Shown here piece after piece: positions 26,101-37,247 of a DNA stretch of 64,000 nucleotides. The notes under the pieces are model-generated. The model was not told the DNA's origin. It saw nothing but the letters and a program-made list of their open reading frames with translations, and searched no databases. Source of the stretch: Schizochytrium sp. TIO01 (lineage: Eukaryota > Protista > Bigyra: Labyrinthulomycetes); NCBI GenBank assembly GCA_004764695.1, contig SMSO01000036.1, positions 372,001 to 436,000 on the forward strand, given 5' to 3'. Position 1 is the stretch's first letter. Each line of letters opens with the position of its first letter. The position numbers and the translations under genes are program-made.

Positions 26101-28833
26101 AGTTGGTCTTGCCCATGCCTTCTTCCGCGTCGATCAGGATAAAAGGGTCAATAATTCCTCGTGTAAAAGCAAACATCCAAGGACTGATCTCATCTTTTTC
26201 TTTTTTGCGACCATAACAGAAGAAACTGTCGGCGGTGGCATCAATATTAATGTCAGCATTGGAAGGGTTAGAAGCTGGACCAGAGCAGCCTGTGCCGTCG
26301 GTTTCGATAAGTGAGCCCATCGATCCCAAGGAACCTACTTGAGACTGGGAACTACCCGCAAGAAAGCTGTGGGATTTACGTTCAGTCATGCGCATGGGCT
26401 TAAACAAGGGGACCTTTTCCTTAAGACCCTTAACATGAACACTGTCGACTTGAAGAAATGTAGGGCCCATCTTCGAGTGCTGATACACTACAGAGAGCCT
26501 AACATTATCTGCTGTTGCCTCGTCACAGAGAATACCCTCATCATGCTTATATGCAACGTTCATTAAACGTGCAGCAAGATTGACACAGTGTCCAACGACA
26601 GACCATTCACGACGCTCGGGGCCCTTAAGGTCCACGTTGAGGCCATCCACGAGACCTACTTGTGAACCAATCGGTCCACAAAAAGCACGGCCAGTAGTGA
26701 CACCAATAGCTGTTTTGATACGCTGACTCTCGTCTTGAATATTTTCTGGCTGAGACTTATCGATAGAGAGTTGCAAGTCAAGAGCCGTGGCAACTGCCCG
26801 GGCAGCATCGTCTTTGTGACGATGCGTACTCACTCCAAAACAAACGATAAGCACACAACCTTTGTCATCAACAATGAACTGCCGAATCATACCTTCATGA
26901 TGGTTAACAATGCGCTGGGCGCGAGTGAAAATGTCTTGCAATAGGTCTAGTTGCTCGGGATCGGTCTTGTATCCAAAGGTTTTAGCATCATTGCTTATAT
27001 TCATGAAAAGGACAGACACAAGACGGACGTCATTGTGAATCTTCTGACGACCTTTCATTTGCTTGACAATATGTGCAGGAATATAGGACTCAAGTACACC
27101 AAGAAGCAGATCAATAGGCGGGAGCATGGCTTGAAGAGTTGTGACATTGCTGGAGTGTCTTCGACTACGAGTGTCAAGCTCTGTCTGAACAGTGACCTTT
27201 TTGATAAGGTAGTAGCTTGGCTTTTTTGGAGGTACAATGGAAGACAGTGAGCCCTGAGCGCCTCTTGAAAGAGGTCGACGGCCATGAAGCGGGACATCTC
27301 CAGTTGTGCAGGATCTTTCTTGGCTGTTGAGCTGTGTGAAACCACCTTGCAACTGCTGATTCTGATGTCTCGAGGTTTCGTTGCTGAGTAAACTGCTAAT
27401 ACTACTAACGCTACCACCAGCAGCATCGTCGCCGCTTCCTCCGGCGCAGTGCATCGACGCAGATACGGCATCTTCTCCAAAAAATCGACTCGCTTTAGAT
27501 GGTTCATTATCAGATTCGTCAATCTTGCTGCAAATTGCAATCGTTCGAACATAACGCCATACTTGTTGACCTATTACAACGGTTTCAGGAGCTGCCAAGT
27601 CAACTGCTACACCTGCAAGACGCATTGCTTCTCCAGTAATAAGAATTTCTCTCTTGGAGTGGACATCGCCACCTCCCACAGAAACGATGGACACCTTTCC
27701 ACTTGCGAGACCGCAATGGAGACGTAGTATCTTTTCTTCATCCCCAACTCGAACAGTTTCCACTAAGGACTTGGCCTTATATGCACAAAGAGTAGCTGCC
27801 TGCGCGTAGCTCTCCATAAGATGTTGCTTCTGTTGCTTAGATAAGCGAGGTGATGAGTTTCCTCGCTTCATGTCGGACACTTGTGGCTTCCAGATACATA
27901 AAACGGCGTCACCAGCAAACTTTACAACATCTCCTCCAAATTCGTTGATGGTTTCGATGAGACGGGTGAAGTATTTGTTGAGACAATTTGTTACCACTGC
28001 CTCGACACCAGCATTCACACCTCGGAGTTCACAAAAAGTTTCTGCAAGTGCAGTGTAACCTGTAACATCAGCCATGAGGATGACAGCATCGACAGTATCA
28101 CAGATATCTTTGACTCGACTTCTATCGTCATTGGTAAAGCTTGATTTCATACTGCTATGGTCATTCATAGGGCTCAAAGCATTGCTGCTGCCGCTTGGGC
28201 GTATTGTATTTGCATTTGGGAGGACATTTTCGCTACGCCCACGTTGCGTTGGTGACGACCACCGCTCACTTAAATATTCCACAACGAGACCGGGTACGTA
28301 AGGAACAAAAGCCTCTGCCTTGCGTTTATAGTCACTGCTAGTGGAATCCAAAATGCTTTGTTTTCGGTCCTGTACAAAAATGTGACTTTTAGGCAAAGCA
28401 ATTTGTGTCTGGGAGGACCAGTATTTGAGCATTCGATCATGTGTGTCCTTGGTAAAGAGCTTGCGCATCAGGTTGCCGACAAATCCATGGCATAAAGGGC
28501 AGATATGGTCACAGTGCACAGACCTACCATCAAAAGCTTCTGGACGAAAAGCGTCAGCAAGAAGAACACAACCTGCTCTGCGCTCACCACAACATCTGCA
28601 CCATTGCAAGTTCTCGCTGTCATTCTCAAAATTATTATTCGTGTTGCCTCCCATGCCGTTGTGCATAGCACCAAAGAGACTATGGTTGATATATGTATTG
28701 TTTCCGATGATACCGTTGTTGCCGCTGTTGTTGTTGTTATTGTTGTTGTTATTGTTGTTTTACTGATGTTGTTGCTGATGCTGCTGCCGTAGTTTTTGTT
28801 CATGTTCACGTTGGATGTCGCGCTGTTGTTCAT
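20141..28833 (-). CDS. Soluble adenylyl cyclase family (ADCY10-like) protein: two class III cyclase domains, STAND-type P-loop NTPase, TPR-like helical tail (~2,897 aa)
   Basis: C1: ILMADVTGYTALAE and GGDVVKFAGDAVLCIW. C2: IRQFIVDDKGCVL, AIGVTTGRAFCG, EWSVVGHCVNLAARLM, VKGLKEKVPLF. Walker A EEGMGKT, Walker B ITLDDLEWLDELS, SRGLPLWALEY, LLAQHY. The 2841-aa ORF extends to the ATG at 28833 if one base is added at the 28758-28761 homopolymer, giving a poly-Asn N-terminus. Confidence 0.92.
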
Positions 28834-28844
28834 AATGCTGTGTG

Positions 28845-29570
28845 CTATAAAAATATGATTGTATTATACACGTGAAGGCAATACCCGACTGGTTGTGCCT
28901 TCAGCCAAGCAGCAAAATCTTCGAGGTTGCGCGATAGACGTATAGAGATCCTGATTTCGCACACGCAAAGTTTTTTGCCAACGATGAGCGAGCTCTTCTC
29001 ACGACACTCTGCCGCGCAATCTATCGTCGCTGATGCAGGGTACAATAATATAAATTTGCCACGAAAGCAGCCACGTGAAGCAGATACGCAGTACCTACAC
29101 TTCAGGAGGCAACACCTGTTCCAATGTCAGCAGGAGCTTCTGATTTCTCACCAGCTCTGTATCGTGAGCTATCTAAGCCAACCGGGCTTGCCTCCCAAGC
29201 ACTGGCCAAGTGGGACCTAGTCTGGGACGATAATGTTGTCTCGGATCCTAGGCGTCCCAGACGCTCGCTCCCGATCCTCCGCTCCGCCGTTCCACCCGTA
29301 TCGAGGTCCGCCGTGCTCCCAGACAGGTAGGTGTTTGCACCAGTTTGTGCGAGCTTTGCGTGGCCTTCTCAGATTCCTCCTCCGCCAGACTTGCCAGCGC
29401 TCGCTAACTTCTGTAAATATGATTATGTTTTCTTTGCGATCAATCGATTTTGATCGATCACAGTGAGTTCACTTTTTTCCTTTTCTTTCTCTCCTCTTTC
29501 TTTCTCTGTTCTTCTCTTTTTCTCTTTTCTTTTTCTTCCTCTTCTCCGCTGCTTCTTCTTCCTTTCTTAC
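28845..29570 (-). other. Possible 5'-UTR intron of the cyclase gene
   Basis: On the minus strand, GTAAGA donor at 29570 and T-rich ...TTTTTATAG acceptor ending at 28845, 11 nt before the ATG. The pairing of donor and acceptor is inferred. Confidence 0.3.
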
Positions 29571-32500
29571 GTTTGCCCGACTCCTGCCGCTTCCCTACGA
29601 GTCATCTAACGCTAACTGTAGAGGCAAGTGCAGCCCAGAAGCAGTTCTTCGGATTGTGTAATTTCCGATTTGTATACTTTGAGCTATTTTTACTTTTGGC
29701 CAATGAAATCACTCAATCAATGGAAATAATAATCAAGACGCCACTGCTCATCACCAGGAGCATGGTTTGCGAGCGACAATGCGAGCGGAGCCAGGGCCAA
29801 GGTCTAGTATTGTCTTGCATGCTTGCATGTGCGTTTCTTCTTTACGCCCTCGCAGCTTGTGTATTGAATACGGTCCTGCAAACTAAATCAAAATTCTCAG
29901 CGAAGATCATTTCGTAGAGAGCGTCAGCCTATAAGTCTGCTTCTCACTGTTTAGTTCACCCACGTTTGATCGAGCTGAAAGTCTTTTCAAGAAACCTGAG
30001 CTGGCGCGCATGCAGCCAACAAGGCGTCAAAGCACAGCACTCGATCCAAAGCAAACCTGCAGGCTATATCTCGGTACAATGTCAATTCTCACGGAGTTCT
30101 CTCAAAAAAGAGGAGCTATATGCCTGATTGCTTCAAGTTCGTATTCTTCTTCGCTCATCACGAGCCACCTTTCTTAGAAGCCCAGAACTGGCATTCCTCC
30201 CTCTGAAAACAGTCGCCTCCTTTCACATAGTAATCAAAATGAGGAGAAGAGTTTTAATTTAATTTTTTAAAAGAATAAAGTAAACAACATTAAAAACAGA
30301 TCAGGAACTACTAAACACCATTTTAAGAGAAGTAAGAACATGTTCAATTCTGATCATGAGAGAGGAGAAGGAAAAGGAAAAGGAGTACAGAATCGCGAGG
30401 CGACGAGGCGTCGCTGGTGCACGCTTCTTTCGTCTCCCCATTTGCAGCGCAGGCCCTTTCGTAGTCGCAGTGAATGGTCCTCGAAACAGCAACGCACTGA
30501 CATTTAGACTACCTCTTCCTTTTTTTAAAACATACTGAGGTGTGGAAACAATTGAAAGACCCGGAGAGGCTGAAAAACGATGGATGAAAGACACGCCGCC
30601 ATCCACGACCATTGGCAATCGCAAGAATACCACGGCCATGAACGAAGCCCGTGCCACGCAACGTACACAAGTTGTTTGGCCTCGCCGCCTTGGCCGCTCG
30701 CTGGGCAACCTCACGCTTGCTGTCTGCTGGCGCTGCTCGAAGTTGGTTGATTGCTTTCCTGTTTCTGGGTCGCCCGCCTGCCTCAGAAATGTGCAGTTAG
30801 TGCATCTTGGAGGCTCAATCAATCAAACTCGATCGATGACAGACGCAAGAAGCAAAACTGCAAATCCGGAGGACTGCCCCTTCGCCGCTCCACCTGCACG
30901 CGATCGAGGGATCTGGCGCTCCATTTCCTCTCGTCTCGCCGTGCCTCTTGAGCGTCATGTGCTCCTTGCCTGGTCTTAGGGCGGCTGCCAACCTCTGCTG
31001 CGATTGTTTCTTTCTTTGAGGCTTCAACCTCTGGAGCCAATTCCTGAGCCCACTTCGTTCTACGATGGTTTTCCGTTCGTGCTCTCGAACCGCGGCACTT
31101 CGACGGAGTTTGAGCCAAGGCTCTTCGCTCAGGGCTGGTTTCTTGCACGCGAGAGGAGACCGCCTCGACCAAGTTCGCGAGCTGCGACGAAAGCTAAGCT
31201 AAGCTCAGGCAAGCACAGCACAGCACAGCACAGCACAGCAAAACTTTCTCTCGAGCTCCTTTGTTCAACCCTGCGTGGTCTCGGCATCCCATCATACCTT
31301 GTCAAGAGAAGGACAACTTTGATTGACGGCTCACACGCGCTTTATGGGTGGGTAAATGAGCCAAGACGGCCGAGAGCCCTCTTGGCGAGCAGCTTGCGGA
31401 GGGCGCCGTTTCCGCGACGCCAGCGCGTCTCTTCTCGCCCATGGCTTGCCTGCTTGCATGCTTGCTTGCTCGAATTTCATGACCCAAAGCGGAAACTCGC
31501 AAAATAGTTCTTCAAAGTTAGTTGTTTTCGACGAAAACGATTCTCATTTCCGAAGTCTTTCATTGTTTTTTTAACTTTACAAGTAAAGTTTTAAGTTCGA
31601 AAATTAAATTTAATAGTAGGTATTGCTCGCCTTCCAAACGCACACACCCTACTTCTTCGCACCCTCTCAGCTCCACTGTCTCTGCAGAAACCCTCTGGAG
31701 CCTAGAGGGCCCGGGTCTTTCGATATATCTGCTTCCCTCAGCCTACTGGTCAGAGGCGCACTTGCCTACTCATAACACTAGCAGTGGGAATGAAAGGGTC
31801 AGTAAGAAGGCGGAGCAAGGCTGTGGCGGGGGTTAGCACATAGACAGATAAAACTATAGGACAGCCAACCACTGAGGGAAAGACACCACACAAGCCGGGA
31901 ATGAAAGACCCGCGGGAGGGGACAGCGATCGAAGCGGATTAAAATTTACTTTTGGATTTGGAAGAGCTTGTTTGAGAAGTAGAGCATTGGCAACGAAGGC
32001 GAGCATCAAGAGCTTGAGAAGGAGCAAAAGCAGAAGCAGGAGTAGAAGCAGTGGAGATAGGAGGAAGGGAGCGACGGCGAAACGACGGTGCACTCCGAGG
32101 GACCAGGGAACCATGGCGGGTGGAGTTCACCCGATATTGGGCCTGAACAAACAACGCATAGAAGAGCAAAAAACAGTTTTCCAGTGTACCATCACTATGT
32201 ATGCATGCATGCATGCATGCATATCTACGCATGTAACTTTATGCATGCATAAATACGCATACATGCGCGCATAATTAGATATCATGCGTGTGTAGCTCTT
32301 GGGATAAGGAATAGTCGAGACAAGCTATTGTTGAAGGCAGCGCCTTTAAGAGCACAGAAGTGTGCGGCCACGCCAATCCGGACCAGACTTCCGTGCTCCC
32401 TTCCTACCGACTCGGACACTCTTCAATAGAGTACCTCGCATCGAAGCACCGTGATGGGTAAGTGGTTTATTTAGTACCGACGTTGATCACTCTGTCACCC

Positions 32501-35500
32501 GACTTTTATATGGTTTGCCAGAGAGACAGGCAAAATCTACGGCACCACGATGTTTGTTGCAATAAATACCTATAAACCTGTTGAGCACCTCGAAAATCGT
32601 GTATAGGAGAGCCTCTTCTATTGGATCCAATAACAAGTTGAGGAGAAAGAAGAAGCAAACGATGAAACTCTGCGTACAAAAGGGTAGATCTGAAGAGAGA
32701 AGCGTGTGCAAGAATTCGATCAATTAATTAATTTTCTCTCTTTCACTTTTATATATCTTTTTCTGTTATTAGGCCTCTCTATATATTTAAAACTTAATTT
32801 TAAAAAATATTTTTAAAAAATATATAATTCCTTTTTGAACGAAATCCTTTGCCAAACCTTGACTACGAACTGGTATAGCAATAGCATGGTAGTGCTGCTG
32901 GCCGAACTGGCTTAGGCACTGGTGGACTTTCTCTGACTGGCTGTCAGGTAGTCAGAGCACCCCGACGGCTTTTGTTTCATGCTTTTAATTACAGTTTCCG
33001 TCCCTAGCGGCTCAGCAGTACTCACAGCGCACGGGCTTTTGTTGGTATTAGTACCTTCCTTTAACAGCAAACTTTTACACTTATCAAACTTAGACTCGAA
33101 CCTGCGAGTTACGCGTGAAAGATATAGATTTGGCTGTTTTTTTTAAAAGCATCGAACACGTCATTCTAATCAGCCAATGCAGCACGAATTTCAATTCCTT
33201 GAAAATAAGTGAAAATTGCTTAGAGGTGGGACTTTGGATCACTTTACAAAAAAGATCAAATACCTACAAAAATCATCATATATACCAGTTCTCAGAAAAC
33301 ATGAAACCTTAACACCTTCTCAGGGACTATTACAGGTATTGAATGAGAGGTCTTGTTGTCGGGCTCAGCTTGGGGAGCTAAGTTTAGACCCTTCGCTACG
33401 ATGGGTGGAAGAATGTTGAGTTTCAAGCGGAAACTGTGAATTGCTCAAAGCTTTCGACTACTAAATACTCTGTACAGAAGGCAAAAATAGCTTCCGTTAA
33501 ATTTTTACAAATATTTACGAGGACTCGTTAAGCCAGAGTGGTTCGGCCCATGGTTGTGATAAACCTTTAAAGACCACTGTAGATTGTTTACATACATACT
33601 CTAGGACTCAAGAACACCTTGCTTTCTTTCGCTAAGAAACATTTAATAACTTCACATCAGGATGATACCACAAGGATAATTCACGAGCATAGGAATGCCC
33701 TCGTGCAGCCAATTTGACCTTATGAATTCCGTTTAATATTAGGTTCTCCAATCTCAGCTACGATGGATAGTTCGCTTTGGTCCTCTTAGTAGTTATTTGA
33801 TGATTACTTTCTATTCTTACTTGCCGTTAGCAAACATGAGTTCTGACACCTTGAATGATTATAGGTAGTCACAGTGTGCATCGGGGTGAGTAACTTTTGC
33901 TCTTCGCTTCAAACTCAGCATATCGTCAAACTGATTCAAGAATTGCAGATGTAGGCTTGTGAAACGTGTTAGGAATAAAATATGGGGCGACAGTTGCGTT
34001 GCCTGATCATCGACCCTATTCTAGCTGCCTTAGTTAGGACGATTATGCGAAAGAGTATCATGCCTACAAACTAGGTATGAGAGGGGAAAAAAAAAAAAAA
34101 AAAAAAGAGTTTCGAAAGAATATGCAGATTGGTTTTACTTTGGGAGCTTTGTTCAAGTATAGTACCTGGAATTACACTTCATCCTCCTTTCCCCGTGGAG
34201 ATACGACATGCTGAGACTAATCCCATCTTAGCTTGTCACAATTAGGAAAAGTCATGCAAATTAATAAGGACTAATCAAGAGAGTAGTTGTGAGGATAATG
34301 ACGGACGAAAGTAATGAGAAAATTATTTTCTTGGTTTGATATCAGCTCTTCGGTTGCGAATGAAAATCAACGATAATATCAGAGGCAAGAATGAGTATTT
34401 TTCGACTTATTTGGCAAACAGTACACTAAGAAATTATCTTTCCTTGTCCTTTTGCATTTCAAACTTAATCAACAAGTACGCGATTATCAACCTAAATTTA
34501 TATCTCACTTTGAGTTTCAACATGTTTTACCAGAGACTCGAATTCTCTATTAAGGAGTGCAGTTGCTGTTGGTATCGCCTCCATGATCTTGCGGAATAAT
34601 ATTTTGCAGGCAACTATATTGGCGTAGAAACCAAAGGGCTCACCACAAACTTTATATTATAGTATGGACATAGCGAGGAGATTTTGTTTGTCTCATCAGG
34701 AATGGTTGGCTTGGACATTCTAAGATTGTCCCAAGACGCGACACTCTATTGGTTCTTTGAAAACTGCAGCCACCAGAAGATCGCCTCTGAATTTCAAATT
34801 TTTAACTCCCTCCCCTCCCCTCCCCTCCCATTTTTTTTTCTGTTTTTTTTTCTTCCTTCCTTTTGAATTAAAACCTTCAAACCGATCGAGAATCTACATC
34901 ATGGTACACGAGCTATTTGGTGAAAAAGGGTTTCTAAGAATACATTAGGTTTTAGTTCATCCCGAATAGTGCATGGTCTGTTGATCTGTCAAACAGAGTG
35001 CTAAGTATTGGGGAAGCCTTCAAGTCAACAATTTTTTGGTACTAGGTAGGTACGTCCACTACGTCCAACCACTGCTACATACCTACTATTGTGTTAACTT
35101 GATGTTTTACCCAAGTCAAAGGATTGATGGGAATAATCTCTCAGAGTGCGTTATAAGTACAAAGCTGCTGAGCATCCAAGACAGCCTATATATTGCTATA
35201 TGTATACTTGAAGTTTAACCCAAGTAAAACTTGAGGTACCTCTGTTTAGCGAGACTAAAGATTGCCACTGGACCCCAGATCTTTCTACTAATAAACCTGA
35301 ACTATGGTGGCTGCTCCCGGCTTGGAGGATAGGATGAACTTGTATGCAGAACTTCCACTGGGTCGTCGTCAAGATTTTTTGCTGCTGGAACCTTAGCAAT
35401 TGTTCCAGTAAGAACCATAAAATTAAATAAGCAAACTCAAGGGTGGTCAAATTCGACATTATCCCAGCAACAAATTAAGAGAATCGAAAGTGCCCTTCAA

Positions 35501-37247
35501 AGCCATTTCGCTCGTGGTGATACCATCAATCTTCATTAGCATTGAATATGAACTGATCCTCAATGAATTATGTACCTCGGGTTTCCCAGGCTTGGATTGT
35601 TTCGCAAATGAAAATCCTCTTTATTCTATGATATTGTCTCTTAACCTCGTACTGTTCGATACCCTCGTGAATTTCATGTTTGCTGAGGAAACTGTTTTCT
35701 ATTCAAGGTTATAAGTCCAAAGCGCAGATCTAGGATTGGTTCCGACCTCACGTCTTTTCTCGTTCTGTAATTAATGCTATGTTTCCTTCTTTCGATTTAT
35801 TGTCGTTTGCAGTACTTCCAGGTTGTCTAAAGCCATCCTACATGCGTTGAAAGAATCCAGGCTCCGAATGTGTACATCACATATCCACATACGTACATCA
35901 CGAAGTTTATAGAATTTTGACATACATCGACATGATTCTGGTGATGTTATTGAAAAAGTAAAGAATTGACGTTTTTGACGATATGGGCTCAGATTTGAAC
36001 ACAATCTCTCAAATGATTTACTTATCTACTTACAAAATATTGAACTCTCTTTATAACGAGTTAAATAGATGGTAAGTACATCAGGAATATGAAAGAACTA
36101 AACTTGACCTGGAAGCTTTGAGTCGCAATTCCTAGTCACACATGTAAAACATCGTTTTGAGGGATGATTATATTTTTAAGTGTTAGATTACAAGCGCTGA
36201 AAGGTCATTGAACGTGATAAGGATTTCAGCTTTTAGATTTAAAGATGTTAGTTTAATCATCGCATACACTCGCCCCGATTCATTTGTATTGACGGTATGT
36301 CTATCTGACAGCTGCCTAATGTTGTTTTGCATTGTTAGTCGCCTTCAGTAATGAGTGCTCCGATTACTAGATAACTGTGCCAAAGATCACATAGTCACAA
36401 CAACGATAACACGTAACAATATAATATATAAAAATGTATGCATATATTGGGGTTTTATGAAGAAATACCTCATATTGCTTACTGTCATGAACCTGTGTCT
36501 GGGAAAGAAAACGTATCTTTAAATCAAAGAAAGCATCCATATATAATTTTAAAAGAAGAGATGGACAAAAAAGGCATGGTACGAAAACAGACTAAATCTG
36601 AGAAAAAGATGGGGGAAAAAACAGTGCCATAACAAAGATGTCCTTCAATGGACAAAGAAAGTGTATGTGTAAGCGTGTATGTATGTGGATACAAATCTTA
36701 GAGAGATTGAGATCAATTGAGAGCATGCGCTATTCCAGTCTATTTTTAATAGGCAAATATATTCCAGGTAAAATATTTTACCAAGAACCAGAGTCACCAA
36801 TGTGAGTGGATGAAACGCTTCATGTTGTACTCTTCGAAGTCAGGTGTCAGTCAGAGCTAGAGTTGTTCTGTAGAGAGGCACAGTCTAAAGCTCGGGAGGG
36901 GGTGGGTTCGTTATCAGGGAATACGCAAGTATGCGCGGAAAGGAGAAATATGAGGCCAGAGAATACAGTAGCACGAGGCCCATTATCTCTGGACACCATC
37001 CAAACACTGCTCATTTGATGGCAGGTCTAATCTAACACAGAAGAACAGATAGGAAGCTGCAAAAGAGCGCTAGGAACAGGTGATGGAATTGAAAGGGATA
37101 AAGGAGTGGTATGGCGAAATAGGAGAATCCCAAGCCGGATGTCAAACACCAGACATATAGGCCAACGGGGAAACCATAACAAATTGCACATTCGCGCAAC
37201 ACATTTTATATCCAGCCTTACAAAAGAAGAGTGATCAAGCTTGAACC

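Noticed and set aside
34087-34106. A20 run as a retroelement tail
   Set aside because: No target-site duplication or recognisable upstream element body.
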